From NCBI RefSeq assembly GCF_901875575.1, contig NZ_CABFMF010000033.1, positions 35,747 through 99,746 of the forward strand: a DNA stretch of 64,000 nucleotides, written 5' to 3'. Numbering within the stretch: the first letter of the stretch is position 1; each line of letters begins with the position of its first letter. A program made the position numbers and the translations under genes. The notes below the pieces were generated by a model, which saw only the letters and a program-made list of their open reading frames with translations, did not search any database and was not told the origin of the DNA. Positions 18,799 through 28,827 of this stretch are shown here, piece after piece. This DNA comes from an uncultured Streptococcus sp. (lineage in GTDB: Bacteria > Bacillota > Bacilli > Lactobacillales > Streptococcaceae).

Positions 18799-19929
18799 AT
18801 GGTAGAATTAAATCTTAAAAATATTTACAAAAAATATCCAAACAGCGAACACTACTCAGTTGAAGACTTCAACTTGGACATTAAAGACAAAGAATTTATC
18901 GTTTTCGTAGGTCCTTCAGGATGTGGTAAATCAACTACTCTTCGTATGATTGCAGGTCTTGAAGACATCACAGAAGGTACTGCATCTATTGATGGCGTGG
19001 TTGTCAACGACGTAGCTCCAAAAGACCGTGATATCGCCATGGTATTCCAAAACTACGCTCTTTATCCACACATGACTGTTTATGACAACATGGCTTTCGG
19101 TTTGAAATTGCGTAAATACAGCAAAGAAGACATCGACAAACGTGTGCAAGAAGCAGCTGAAATCCTTGGATTGAAAGAATTCTTGGAACGTAAGCCTGCT
19201 GACCTTTCAGGTGGTCAACGTCAACGTGTTGCCATGGGTCGTGCGATTGTCCGTGATGCAAAAGTATTCTTGATGGACGAACCTTTGTCAAACTTGGATG
19301 CTAAACTTCGTGTATCAATGCGTGCTGAAATCGCTAAAATTCACCGTCGTATCGGGGCTACAACTATCTACGTAACTCACGACCAAACAGAAGCGATGAC
19401 ACTTGCAGACCGTATCGTTATCATGTCAGCAACTAAGAACCCTGCTGGCACAGGTACTATCGGACGTGTAGAACAAATTGGTTCTCCTCAAGAAGTTTAC
19501 AAAAACCCAGTGAACAAATTCGTTGCAGGATTCATAGGAAGTCCAGCAATGAACTTCATCAATGTGAAATTGGTTGGTAGCGAAATTGTTTCAGATGGTT
19601 TCCGCTTGAAAGTTCCAGAAGGAGCTTTGAAAGTTCTTCGTGAAAAAGGATATGAAGGCAAAGAATTGATCTTTGGTATCCGTCCAGAGGATGTGAATGC
19701 AGAAGAAGCATTCCTTGAAACATTCCCAGATTCAGTAGTAAAAGCTACTATCTCTGTATCAGAATTGCTTGGTTCAGAATCTCACCTATACTGCCAAGTT
19801 GGGAAAGACGAATTTGTTGCTAAAGTTGATGCTCGTGACTACTTGCAAACAGGTGCAACAGTTGAACTTGGATTTGACTTGAACAAAGCACACTTCTTCG
19901 ATGTAGAAACTGAAAGAACAGTTTACTAG
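18799..19929 (+). CDS. msmK: shared sugar ABC transporter ATP-binding protein MsmK
   Basis: 376 aa. Walker A GPSGCGKST, signature LSGGQRQR, and a MalK-like C-terminal regulatory domain. Stand-alone ATPase gene, as in pneumococci. Confidence 0.88.
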   Translation: MVELNLKNIYKKYPNSEHYSVEDFNLDIKDKEFIVFVGPSGCGKSTTLRMIAGLEDITEGTASIDGVVVNDVAPKDRDIAMVFQNYALYPHMTVYDNMAFGLKLRKYSKEDIDKRVQEAAEILGLKEFLERKPADLSGGQRQRVAMGRAIVRDAKVFLMDEPLSNLDAKLRVSMRAEIAKIHRRIGATTIYVTHDQTEAMTLADRIVIMSATKNPAGTGTIGRVEQIGSPQEVYKNPVNKFVAGFIGSPAMNFINVKLVGSEIVSDGFRLKVPEGALKVLREKGYEGKELIFGIRPEDVNAEEAFLETFPDSVVKATISVSELLGSESHLYCQVGKDEFVAKVDARDYLQTGATVELGFDLNKAHFFDVETERTVY

Positions 19930-19942
19930 GATTAAATATTTC

Positions 19943-19977
19943 AACACACTGTCAGTGTTTCTGACAGTGTGTTTTAC
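19943..19977 (+). terminator. terminator after msmK
   Basis: aacacactgtcag-tgttt-ctgacagtgtgtt followed by ttac. Confidence 0.65.
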
Positions 19978-20063
19978 TGTTTCAGTATGCATGGGAATAG
20001 GATGTTCTAGTTTTCTTATTAGTAAAAAAGTGATAAAATGGTAGGAAGAATTGGAGAATACAC

Positions 20064-22286
20064 ATGCCAAAAGAAGAAAATTTGAGAGGCGATGAAGTCG
20101 TCGCTTTAACACAAAAATATTTATCAGAAGAAGATGTAGCTTTTGTTCATAAGGCCTTGGTCTATGCTGTTGAATGTCACAGTGGCCAGTATCGGAAATC
20201 TGGAGAACCCTATATTATTCATCCTATCCAAGTAGCTGGAATCTTGGCCAAACTTAAGCTAGATGCTGTTACGGTTGCTTGTGGTTTCTTGCATGATGTT
20301 GTTGAAGATACGGATGCTTCATTAGATGACCTTGAGCGTGTATTTGGTCATGATGTTCGTGTTATCGTTGATGGAGTGACGAAACTAGGTAAGGTTGAAT
20401 ACAAGTCTCTTGAAGAGCAATTGGCTGAAAACCATCGCAAGATGCTCATGGCCATGTCAGAAGATATCCGTGTTATCTTGGTTAAGCTATCTGACCGCCT
20501 CCACAATATGCGGACTCTCAAACATCTTCGAAAAGATAAGCAGGAGCGCATTTCCAAAGAAACTATGGAAATCTATGCTCCACTAGCTCATCGTTTGGGG
20601 ATTTCTAGTGTTAAATGGGAATTAGAAGATTTATCTTTCCGTTATCTCAACCCAACGGAGTTTTACAAGATTACCCATATGATGAAGGAAAAGCGCAGAG
20701 AGCGTGAGGCCTTGGTGGATGAGGTAGTTACAAAATTAGAAGACTATACGACGGATCGTCACTTGAAAGGGAAGATTTATGGTCGTCCCAAGCATATCTA
20801 CTCGATTTTCCGTAAAATGCAGGATAAAAAGAAGCGTTTTGAGGAAATTTATGACTTGATTGCCATTCGTTGTATTTTGGATACCCAGAGTGATGTTTAT
20901 GCTATGCTTGGTTATGTTCATGAACTTTGGAAACCTATGCCAGGTCGTTTTAAGGACTATATCGCTAACCGTAAGGCCAATGGGTATCAGTCTATCCATA
21001 CAACAGTTTATGGACCAAAAGGACCGATTGAGTTCCAGATTCGAACTAAGGAAATGCACGAGGTAGCTGAGTACGGGGTTGCGGCTCACTGGGCCTATAA
21101 AAAAGGTATCAAAGGTCAGGTTAACAGCAAGGAATCTGCTATTGGAATGAACTGGATTAAGGAGATGATGGAGCTCCAAGACCAGGCAGATGATGCTAAG
21201 GAATTTGTGGATTCTGTTAAAGAAAATTACCTGGCTGAGGAGATTTACGTCTTTACTCCGGATGGAGCTGTCCGCTCTCTTCCAAAAGATTCAGGACCGA
21301 TTGACTTTGCCTATGAAATCCATACCAAGGTTGGTGAAAAAGCAACTGGTGCCAAGGTCAATGGCCGTATGGTTCCATTGACAACCAAGCTCAAGACAGG
21401 GGATCAGGTTGAAATTGTCACCAACCCCAACTCCTTTGGACCTAGCCGTGATTGGCTCAATATGGTCAAAACCAGCAAGGCACGTAATAAGATTCGCCAG
21501 TTCTTTAAAAACCAAGATAAGGAATTGTCTGTCAACAAGGGTCGTGAAATGCTGATGGCCCAGTTCCAAGAAAACGGCTATGTGGCCAATAAATTCATGG
21601 ACAAGCGTCATATGGACCAAGTTCTGCAAAAGACCAGCTACAAGACAGAAGAATCCCTCTTTGCGGCCATTGGTTTTGGCGAAATCGGTGCTATTACCGT
21701 CTTTAACCGTCTGACTGAAAAGGAACGCCGTGAGGAAGAACGTGCCAAGGCCAAGGCGGAGGCAGAAGAACTTGTAAAAGGTGGCGAAGTCAAGGTTGAA
21801 AACAAAGAAACCCTCAAGGTCAAGCATGAGGGTGGTGTGGTCATTGAAGGTGCCTCAGGCCTCCTAGTGCGGATTGCCAAGTGTTGTAATCCAGTTCCTG
21901 GTGACGCTATTGTCGGCTATATCACTAAGGGTCGTGGTGTGGCTATTCACCGTGTGGACTGTATGAACCTGCGTGCCCAAGAAAACTATGAGCAACGTCT
22001 TCTAGATGTAGAATGGGAAGACCAGTATGCAAACTCAAATAAGGAGTATATGGCCCATATCGATATTTATGGTCTCAACCGTACAGGTCTCTTAAACGAT
22101 GTGCTGCAAGTCCTCTCAAATACAACCAAGAATATCTCAACAGTCAACGCTCAGCCAACCAAGGATATGAAATTTGCCAATATCCATGTGTCCTTTGGTA
22201 TTGCCAATCTCTCGACGCTAACCACGGTTGTGGACAAGATTAAGAGTGTGCCAGAGGTCTATTCGGTCAAACGGACCAACGGTTAA
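20064..22286 (+). CDS. relA: bifunctional (p)ppGpp synthetase/hydrolase Rel
   Basis: 740 aa. HD hydrolase region (HPIQVAGIL...HDVVEDT), RelA/SpoT synthetase, TGS and C-terminal ACT-like regions. Confidence 0.93.
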   Translation: MPKEENLRGDEVVALTQKYLSEEDVAFVHKALVYAVECHSGQYRKSGEPYIIHPIQVAGILAKLKLDAVTVACGFLHDVVEDTDASLDDLERVFGHDVRVIVDGVTKLGKVEYKSLEEQLAENHRKMLMAMSEDIRVILVKLSDRLHNMRTLKHLRKDKQERISKETMEIYAPLAHRLGISSVKWELEDLSFRYLNPTEFYKITHMMKEKRREREALVDEVVTKLEDYTTDRHLKGKIYGRPKHIYSIFRKMQDKKKRFEEIYDLIAIRCILDTQSDVYAMLGYVHELWKPMPGRFKDYIANRKANGYQSIHTTVYGPKGPIEFQIRTKEMHEVAEYGVAAHWAYKKGIKGQVNSKESAIGMNWIKEMMELQDQADDAKEFVDSVKENYLAEEIYVFTPDGAVRSLPKDSGPIDFAYEIHTKVGEKATGAKVNGRMVPLTTKLKTGDQVEIVTNPNSFGPSRDWLNMVKTSKARNKIRQFFKNQDKELSVNKGREMLMAQFQENGYVANKFMDKRHMDQVLQKTSYKTEESLFAAIGFGEIGAITVFNRLTEKERREEERAKAKAEAEELVKGGEVKVENKETLKVKHEGGVVIEGASGLLVRIAKCCNPVPGDAIVGYITKGRGVAIHRVDCMNLRAQENYEQRLLDVEWEDQYANSNKEYMAHIDIYGLNRTGLLNDVLQVLSNTTKNISTVNAQPTKDMKFANIHVSFGIANLSTLTTVVDKIKSVPEVYSVKRTNG

Positions 22287-22316
22287 TTGTCCTAGCTCTT
22301 TACTAGAAAGGCTATT

Positions 22317-22760
22317 ATGAAAATCATTATCCAACGGGTTACAAAAGCCCAAGTGAGTATCGAAGGTCAGGTTCATGGAAAAATAAATCAGGGGCTCTTA
22401 TTGCTGGTTGGTGTTGGGCCAGAGGACCAAGAGGAAGATTTGGACTATGCTGTGAGAAAGCTTGTCAATATGCGGATTTTTTCAGACGCAGAAGGCAAGA
22501 TGAACCTGTCTGTCAAAGATATTGAAGGAGAAATCCTCTCTATTTCTCAGTTTACCCTCTTTGCGGATACCAAGAAAGGCAATCGTCCAGCCTTTACAGG
22601 GGCAGCCAAACCAGATATGGCATCAGACTTCTATGATGCTTTCAATCAAAAATTAGCACAAGAAGTGCCCGTTCAGACAGGCATTTTTGGAGCGGATATG
22701 CAGGTTGAGCTGGTCAATGACGGACCAGTCACCATTATCCTTGATACTAAAAATAGATAA
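22317..22760 (+). CDS. dtd: D-aminoacyl-tRNA deacylase
   Basis: 147 aa. MKIIIQRV...[17 protein letters not shown]...NDGPVT motifs. Conserved relA-dtd pairing. Confidence 0.92.
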   Translation: MKIIIQRVTKAQVSIEGQVHGKINQGLLLLVGVGPEDQEEDLDYAVRKLVNMRIFSDAEGKMNLSVKDIEGEILSISQFTLFADTKKGNRPAFTGAAKPDMASDFYDAFNQKLAQEVPVQTGIFGADMQVELVNDGPVTIILDTKNR

Positions 22761-22797
22761 GAAAGACCAAGCCCAGCCGGCTTGGTTTTTCTTATCT
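22755..22797. terminator. long bidirectional hairpin between dtd and the convergent membrane-protein gene
   Basis: agataagaaagaccaagcc-cagcc-ggcttggtttttcttatct. About 19-bp stem with one mismatch. Confidence 0.7.
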
Positions 22798-22798
22798 A

Positions 22799-23212
22799 TC
22801 ATAAAATACTCCAAAAAGAAATCGGTTCTTGATAGGCTTTTGGGAAGTCTTGTTTCAGGCTTTGGCAAGTGCGATAGGAAGGGATAAGGTGTCCTAGGAT
22901 GAGGAGAGTTCCCTGAAGGAGAAGTGGCATACCACTCAAACATATCAAGGAGAGAATGATCAGGCTATTCCATAGGAGAATTTGTAAGGCAAAACGCCAG
23001 AATATCGGTCTAATCTGGGAATAGAGTTGGCTAAAGTGGTCACAAAGTTGGTTAGACAGATAGGTCAATAGCACAGGATGAAAGAAAATGAGCCAACCGC
23101 TATAAATTAAAATCCAATCCCAAGTAAGCCCTTCTTTAAATTCCAAAAATCCAATCATGATTCCATCAATGACAAGGAGCTCAATGGTTTTGATGTAGAT
23201 GATTTTTTTCAT
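22799..23212 (-). CDS. small polytopic membrane protein (137 aa), paralog of the upstream gene
   Basis: About 4 hydrophobic segments. Same length and same termini as its neighbour (MKK..., ...ISFWSIL versus ...ISLWECL). Confidence 0.6.
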   Translation of the reverse strand: MKKIIYIKTIELLVIDGIMIGFLEFKEGLTWDWILIYSGWLIFFHPVLLTYLSNQLCDHFSQLYSQIRPIFWRFALQILLWNSLIILSLICLSGMPLLLQGTLLILGHLIPSYRTCQSLKQDFPKAYQEPISFWSIL

Positions 23213-23230
23213 GCTAAAACCTCCTTTTCC

Positions 23231-23644
23231 TTAGAGACACTCCCATAAAGAGATGTGTTTGTCGTAAAAGTCTGGATAGTTTTCTCTTAGGTAGTCAGTC
23301 GTCATATAATATAAAGTATAATGACAAGCAGTGATGATTGGCATAAGAGAGAAAAAACGCTGAGAACTAGTGAAGGCTAAGAGGACAAATAATAGAAAGT
23401 CGCTGATGAGCACCCCTAAATAGTAGAAGCGAATCATTTTATTGATTTGAGGATAAATCTCAGCGAATTGATGTTTGAGTCGGACAACCAAGCGAAATAG
23501 CAGGAGTACCTGAGTAAGGAGGAAAATAAAACCAGAGAGCAAGAGCCAGTCGAAAGCTGTCTCGGGTCTAGTACTAAAAAATGCAAGTAGTAGCAAATCG
23601 ATGACTGCAATTGCTGTATAATGGATTCTAAAGAGTTTTTTCAT
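23231..23644 (-). CDS. small polytopic membrane protein (137 aa), paralog of the downstream gene
   Basis: RBS GAGGGAGG upstream. Hydrophobic profile parallels 22799-23212. Confidence 0.6.
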   Translation of the reverse strand: MKKLFRIHYTAIAVIDLLLLAFFSTRPETAFDWLLLSGFIFLLTQVLLLFRLVVRLKHQFAEIYPQINKMIRFYYLGVLISDFLLFVLLAFTSSQRFFSLMPIITACHYTLYYMTTDYLRENYPDFYDKHISLWECL

Positions 23645-23673
23645 AAGATGACCTCCCTCTTTTATCTAGCTTC

Positions 23674-23702
23674 ATTCTACTCCAAAAGAATGGGAGTTAC
23701 AA
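23674..23702 (-). promoter_or_regulatory. sigma-70 type promoter for the membrane-protein pair
   Basis: On the minus strand: TTGTAA, 17 nt, TAGAAT. Confidence 0.5.
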
Positions 23703-23712
23703 GTAAAATGAT

Positions 23713-23744
23713 AAAAACCCCCTAAAAGAGAGTTCTTTTAGGGG
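23713..23744 (-). terminator. terminator of psaR
   Basis: On the minus strand: cccctaaaag-aactct-cttttaggggg followed by ttttt. Confidence 0.7.
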
Positions 23745-23751
23745 TAATTTC

Positions 23752-24402
23752 TTAGCTTATTTTTTCTACATAAAGTTGTTTGGCGATCTCCATACTAACT
23801 TGGAGGTCTTTATCTTTACTCATGATGGTAAATGTATTACTAAAACCATCGTATTGTTTGACTTGCAGTTGGTCGCCTATCGCAAGTTCATGTTTGTCTA
23901 GATAATTGAGAATGTCAAAGCTATCATGAACTCGGGTCAGACGGTAGTTACCACTTTCTTTAATATCTGCTAGTGGCAGGTTATTGATTTCAACCAAGAG
24001 TTTTCCCTTGGCTGGGATGGTCCCTCCATGTGGGCAGGTTTTGGGGAAGCCTAGCAATTTATCTAGTCTCTCTACAAATAAATCAGACACTGTATGCTCC
24101 AAAACCTCAGCTTCCTCGTGAATCTGGTCACTCGTATAGTCTAAATGATGGACTAGGAAGACCTCAATCAAGCGGTGTTTGCGATAGAGTTCAGAGACCA
24201 ACTGGAGTCCAATTTCGGTTAATTGATAGCCACGTTCTTTGTCTTTCAGGATGAGGTTCTCACTTTTCATCCGTTTGATCATTTCTGTTACGGCAGGTGG
24301 AGAAACTTGCATGCGAGCCGCAATTTCCTTGTTGGTGATTTTATGCAGGTCTGTGCCGATTTCATATATACATTTTAGATAATCTTCTTTATTTGGAGTC
24401 AT
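23752..24402 (-). CDS. psaR: DtxR/MntR-family manganese-dependent regulator
   Basis: 216 aa. MTPNKEDYLKCIYE...HTH...RKHRLIEVFL...HEEAEVLEH metal-site motifs, plus a C-terminal FeoA/SH3-like domain. Confidence 0.88.
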   Translation of the reverse strand: MTPNKEDYLKCIYEIGTDLHKITNKEIAARMQVSPPAVTEMIKRMKSENLILKDKERGYQLTEIGLQLVSELYRKHRLIEVFLVHHLDYTSDQIHEEAEVLEHTVSDLFVERLDKLLGFPKTCPHGGTIPAKGKLLVEINNLPLADIKESGNYRLTRVHDSFDILNYLDKHELAIGDQLQVKQYDGFSNTFTIMSKDKDLQVSMEIAKQLYVEKIS

Positions 24403-24507
24403 TGATTTCCCCTTGTCTAATCTCTTTATCTAGTATATCAAAAAAAGCTAGATTTCTCTAGCTGTGACTTTTTATGTTATACTTATTGCAAGAGAAAAAA
24501 CGAGGAG

Positions 24508-25356
24508 ATGGATATGACGAAAATTGCTCTTCTTTCTGATATTCACGGAAATACTACAGCCTTGGAAGCTGTTTTGGCAGATACTCGGCAGCTAGGAGTG
24601 GATGAATACTGGCTTTTGGGAGATATTCTTATGCCGGGAACTGGTCGTAGAAGGATTTTGGACTTGTTGAATGAACTACCGATTACAGCTAGAGTTTTGG
24701 GAAACTGGGAAGACAGTCTGTGGCATGGTGTCCGCAAGGAATTGGATAAGACTCGTCCTAGTCAACGCTATCTCTTGCGCCAGTGCCAGTATGTTTTAGA
24801 GGAAATTTCCCTAGAAGAAATTGAAACACTCCACAATCAACCTCTCCAGCTCCATCGTCAGTTTGGGGATTTGACGGTGGGAATTAGCCATCATCTGCCT
24901 GATAAGAACTGGGGTCGAGAGTTGATTCATACGGGAGCACAAGAGGATTTTGACCGCTTGGTGACCAATCCGCCTTGTGATATTGCTGTTTATGGTCATA
25001 TTCACCAGCAGTTGCTTCGTTACGGGACTGGTGGGCAATTGATTGTCAATCCGGGTTCGATTGGGCAACCATTCTTTCTAGATGCCCAGTTGCGGAAGGA
25101 CTTGCGAGCTCAGTATATGATTTTGGAGTTTGATAACAAGGGCTTGGTAGACATGGACTTCCGACGGGTAGACTACGATGTGGCAGCTGAATTGCAGTTG
25201 GCTAAAGACCTGAAACTTCCCTATTTTGAGGTTTACTATGAAAGTCTGGTTAATGGTATTCACCATACCCACAATCAAGAATTTCTGAGAGAATTGGCCC
25301 AGAAAGAGGGCTATGATAGGGAGTTAGATGCCTGGTTAAAAGGTGGTAATGATTGA
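24508..25356 (+). CDS. calcineurin-like metallophosphoesterase
   Basis: LSDIHGN...LLGDIL...GNWE...YGHIH motifs. Confidence 0.8.
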   Translation: MDMTKIALLSDIHGNTTALEAVLADTRQLGVDEYWLLGDILMPGTGRRRILDLLNELPITARVLGNWEDSLWHGVRKELDKTRPSQRYLLRQCQYVLEEISLEEIETLHNQPLQLHRQFGDLTVGISHHLPDKNWGRELIHTGAQEDFDRLVTNPPCDIAVYGHIHQQLLRYGTGGQLIVNPGSIGQPFFLDAQLRKDLRAQYMILEFDNKGLVDMDFRRVDYDVAAELQLAKDLKLPYFEVYYESLVNGIHHTHNQEFLRELAQKEGYDRELDAWLKGGND

Positions 25357-25380
25357 CATTACAACTAAATAGGGTATAAT
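25353..25380 (+). promoter_or_regulatory. consensus sigma-70 promoter for the Rrf2 gene
   Basis: TTGACA (25353-25358), 16 nt, TATAAT (25375-25380). Confidence 0.6.
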
Positions 25381-25430
25381 AAAAGAAAAAGAAGAGTAGA
25401 GGTAGGGTAGCCTCGTAAAAGGAGAAAAGG

Positions 25431-25868
25431 ATGCAAATTCCAAGTAGATTTACCATTGCGACTCATATGCTGATAATCATTGCCCTCAAGGGGAAGGAAA
25501 GCAAGGTGACCAGTGATTTTTTAGCTGCTAGTGTCGGGGTCAATCCTGTCATTATCAGAAAAACCTTGTCCCAGTTGAAGAAAGCAGAGCTGATTTCAGT
25601 AGCGCGTGGAACAGGGGGAACAGAGATTGTCAAGGACCTTAAGGACATTAGTCTCTTAGATGTTTATCAGGCAGTTGAGTGTCTTGGTAAGACAGGTCAA
25701 CTCTTTAGTTTTCATGACAATCCCAATCCAAATTGCCCAGTTGGAGCTCATATTCATGATGTTTTGGATCAAAAATTGGAGAGAATCCAGCTGGCTATGG
25801 AGGTTGAACTTGGTCAGACCAGTTTAGAGCAAGTCGTGGCTGATGCAGAAGAAAGTATGAGAAGTTAA
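25431..25868 (+). CDS. Rrf2-family transcriptional regulator
   Basis: 145 aa. N-terminal winged HTH (FTIATHMLIIIALKG...SDFLAASVGVNPVIIRKTLSQLKKAELI). Confidence 0.8.
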   Translation: MQIPSRFTIATHMLIIIALKGKESKVTSDFLAASVGVNPVIIRKTLSQLKKAELISVARGTGGTEIVKDLKDISLLDVYQAVECLGKTGQLFSFHDNPNPNCPVGAHIHDVLDQKLERIQLAMEVELGQTSLEQVVADAEESMRS

Positions 25869-25913
25869 AAAAAGCAAGACTTTTTTCTATTCATTAACAA
25901 CTTTCAAAACAGA

Positions 25914-25951
25914 AAAAAGCTTATGATTAAGAATATTATCATAAGCTTTTT
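25914..25951. terminator. bidirectional terminator between the Rrf2 and DUF2974 genes
   Basis: aaaaagcttatgat ... atcataagcttttt. Confidence 0.7.
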
Positions 25952-25953
25952 CT

Positions 25954-27027
25954 TTATCTATTCTTCCAGGTTTGGTAACGGGTATCAATCAATAACTGGG
26001 TAAGGCGTCCCAAGATTTCTCTTTCTTCTGGAGTGAGGAATTGCGCTTGGACGAAGAGATGATGGATGTGTTCGATAGCCTTGAAGGAAGCCAAGTCATT
26101 GATAGAAGTAATACCAGAATCAAGAATGGTGCCAAAGAAGAGGTCGAAGTAGAGCTGGAGTTCCTCATCAGGAACTGTGGCCACCCACTCCTTGAAGGTT
26201 GTGTCGACTTGTCGGCTATCACTGTTGGTATCATCCAGTTGGACGAAGTGCTTGTCCTCAATCTGCCAACTAAAGGTATCGTGCTGGGCGATACCACCTA
26301 AGGCAGTACTGTGCACGATGATTTGGTGGTTAGGGATTTCCAGCATCATACCGATAATGGAACCTTGTGGGATGAAGACCTTGGTTCTATCCATTATCCT
26401 TTGATAGCCCTCGGTTTGTGTCAATTCTTTGTGGAGACCAGGCGCATCAAAGGTATAAACTGCTGTAATTTGATTTTGCAAGCTTTGCTCAATTTGACTA
26501 GCCGCATAGATGGCTAGATTTCCTCCCTTGGAATGCCCAGCCAGAATGACCTTTTGCTTAGGATGGTGGGCAAAAAAGTTCTTTAAATAGCGAAGGGCGT
26601 GCTTTTGAGCAGGAATTTCCTTCATATAGGTCAGGTGGAAATCTTCCTTCCAGCCAATGATACTGTCATCAGTCCCACGAAAGACAATCAGATAGGTATC
26701 GAGAGTGAGGCGGTAGGTCATAGCCGCAAATTGCTTTTGCAGTTCAGGGTCGATGTCGTTGATAAAATGGGAGAGTTTGCAATTTTTGAAGCGTTTGTGT
26801 CGAGCTAATTCATCCAATAACTGGAGGCGATTTTTACTGGTCAACATGTTAGGCTCCCTTGGAACCTGAGGTGTCAGGTCTAAAAGTCGCTGAGGAGCTG
26901 TGGAGACCAGATTATCAAAGGTGAGGTAGGTAGCTTCTGTTAAGGCTAGAACGTCTAACTCATTCAAAGGTAAGTCGTAAAAGGAATCGTGTGCGACATC
27001 TTTCAGATAGTCAAAAATATTGGCCAT
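25954..27027 (-). CDS. DUF2974 / Mbeg1-like alpha/beta-hydrolase (lipase-like)
   Basis: 357 aa. Nucleophile elbow GHSKGG (LAGHSKGGNLA). Confidence 0.65.
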   Translation of the reverse strand: MANIFDYLKDVAHDSFYDLPLNELDVLALTEATYLTFDNLVSTAPQRLLDLTPQVPREPNMLTSKNRLQLLDELARHKRFKNCKLSHFINDIDPELQKQFAAMTYRLTLDTYLIVFRGTDDSIIGWKEDFHLTYMKEIPAQKHALRYLKNFFAHHPKQKVILAGHSKGGNLAIYAASQIEQSLQNQITAVYTFDAPGLHKELTQTEGYQRIMDRTKVFIPQGSIIGMMLEIPNHQIIVHSTALGGIAQHDTFSWQIEDKHFVQLDDTNSDSRQVDTTFKEWVATVPDEELQLYFDLFFGTILDSGITSINDLASFKAIEHIHHLFVQAQFLTPEEREILGRLTQLLIDTRYQTWKNR

Positions 27028-27182
27028 AAGAGCTCCTTTCTTTTTATTTATCTTATCAAATTTCCCTCAAATTAGCTAGTAGGGTTGCCTCACTCTGTTG
27101 GCTGAAAACAAGCTATTTCAAATTCAGTTTCAGATTTTCTAGCATGGAAAAATCTGTTATAATAATAGAAAAGGAGGAGCGC

Positions 27183-27860
27183 ATGCACAAGATTTTACTA
27201 GTGGAAGATGATTTGGTCATTCGTCAACAAGTCGGGAAAATGCTCTCTGAATGGGGATTTGAAGTTGTCTTGGTAGAAGACTTTATGGAAGTTTTGAGCC
27301 TTTTTGTCCAGTCGGAGCCTCATCTAGTCCTCATGGATATTGGCCTGCCCTTGTTTAATGGCTATCACTGGTGTCAGGAGATTCGCAAGATTTCCCAGGT
27401 ACCTATCATGTTTCTCTCTTCGAGGGATCAGGCTATGGACATCGTCATGGCAATCAATATGGGGGCGGATGACTTTGTGACCAAGCCGTTTGACCAGCAG
27501 GTTCTTTTAGCCAAGGTTCAGGGTTTATTGCGCCGTTCCTATGAGTTTGGGCGTGACGAGAGTTTACTAGAATATGCTGGTGTTATCCTCAATACCAAAT
27601 CCATGGATTTACATTATCAAGGGCAAGTCTTGAATTTGACCAAGAATGAATTCCAGATTTTACGCGTTTTATTTGAACACGCAGGAAATATCGTAGCGCG
27701 TGACGACCTGATGCGGGAACTTTGGAACAGTGACTTTTTCATTGATGACAATACCCTCTCAGTTAATGTGGCTCGCTTGCGTAAAAAATTGGAAGAGCAG
27801 GGTTTGGTAGGATTTATCGAGACCAAGAAAGGGATAGGGTACGGATTAAAGCATGCTTGA
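27183..27860 (+). CDS. OmpR-family response regulator (TCS01-like)
   Basis: Receiver domain (ILLVEDD...MDIGLP) plus a winged-helix output domain. Start moved to ATG 27183 after AGGAGG. Confidence 0.88.
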   Translation: MHKILLVEDDLVIRQQVGKMLSEWGFEVVLVEDFMEVLSLFVQSEPHLVLMDIGLPLFNGYHWCQEIRKISQVPIMFLSSRDQAMDIVMAINMGADDFVTKPFDQQVLLAKVQGLLRRSYEFGRDESLLEYAGVILNTKSMDLHYQGQVLNLTKNEFQILRVLFEHAGNIVARDDLMRELWNSDFFIDDNTLSVNVARLRKKLEEQGLVGFIETKKGIGYGLKHA

Positions 27861-28827
27861 TTGGAAACCATTTTTTCTAGCCTATCTGCGCTCCCGTAGT
27901 CGTCTTTTCATCTATCTGCTTTCTTTGGCATTTCTGGTCTTGCTCTTTCAGTTTTTATTTGCCAGTTTGGGAATTTACTTTCTCTACTTTTTCCTGCTAT
28001 GTTGCTTTGTAACCATCTTATTTTTCACTTGGGACATATTGGTGGAAATGCAGGTCTATCGTCAGGAACTTCTCTATGGAGAGAGGGAAGCCCAATCTCC
28101 CTTGGAAATAGCCTTGGCTGAGAAATTAGAAGCGCGTGAGATGGCACTTTATCAGCAGAAGTCAGATTCAGAAAGAAAACTGACGGATTTGCTGGATTAC
28201 TATACCTTGTGGGTCCATCAGATTAAGACCCCCATTGCAGCTAGTCAACTCTTAGTTGCAGAAGTAGCTGATCGCCAACTAAAGCAGCAACTGGAACAGG
28301 AAATTTTCAAAATCGACTCCTATACCAATCTAGTTTTACAGTACCTGCGTTTAGAAAGTTTCCATGATGATTTGGTCTTAAAGCAGGTGCAAATTGAGGA
28401 CTTGGTCAAGGAAATAATTCGTAAATACGCTCTTTTCTTTATTCAAAAAGGCTTAAATGTCAATCTACATGACCTTGATAAAGAAATCGTGACGGATAAA
28501 AAGTGGTTGCTAGTGGTTATTGAACAAATTATCTCAAACAGTCTCAAGTACACTAAGGAAGGTGGCCTGGAGATTTATATGGACGGGCAAGAGCTTTGTA
28601 TCAAGGATACAGGAATCGGGATAAAAAACAGTGACGTCCTCCGAGTCTTTGAACGTGGCTTTTCAGGATATAATGGCCGCCTAACTCAGCAGTCATCTGG
28701 ACTTGGCCTCTATCTATCTAAGAAAATTTCTGAAGAACTGGGTCACCAGATTCGCATCGAGTCTGAGGTTGGAAAAGGAACGATAGTGCGGATTCAGTTT
28801 GCTCAAGTGAACTTAGTCCTTGAGTGA
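27853..28827 (+). CDS. BceS/GraS-like intramembrane-sensing histidine kinase (TCS01-like)
   Basis: Two N-terminal TM helices with almost no extracellular loop. H-box WVHQIKTPIAAS. HATPase motifs (DTGIGI, GLGLYL). 8-nt overlap with the regulator gene. Confidence 0.85.
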   Translation: MLDWKPFFLAYLRSRSRLFIYLLSLAFLVLLFQFLFASLGIYFLYFFLLCCFVTILFFTWDILVEMQVYRQELLYGEREAQSPLEIALAEKLEAREMALYQQKSDSERKLTDLLDYYTLWVHQIKTPIAASQLLVAEVADRQLKQQLEQEIFKIDSYTNLVLQYLRLESFHDDLVLKQVQIEDLVKEIIRKYALFFIQKGLNVNLHDLDKEIVTDKKWLLVVIEQIISNSLKYTKEGGLEIYMDGQELCIKDTGIGIKNSDVLRVFERGFSGYNGRLTQQSSGLGLYLSKKISEELGHQIRIESEVGKGTIVRIQFAQVNLVLE

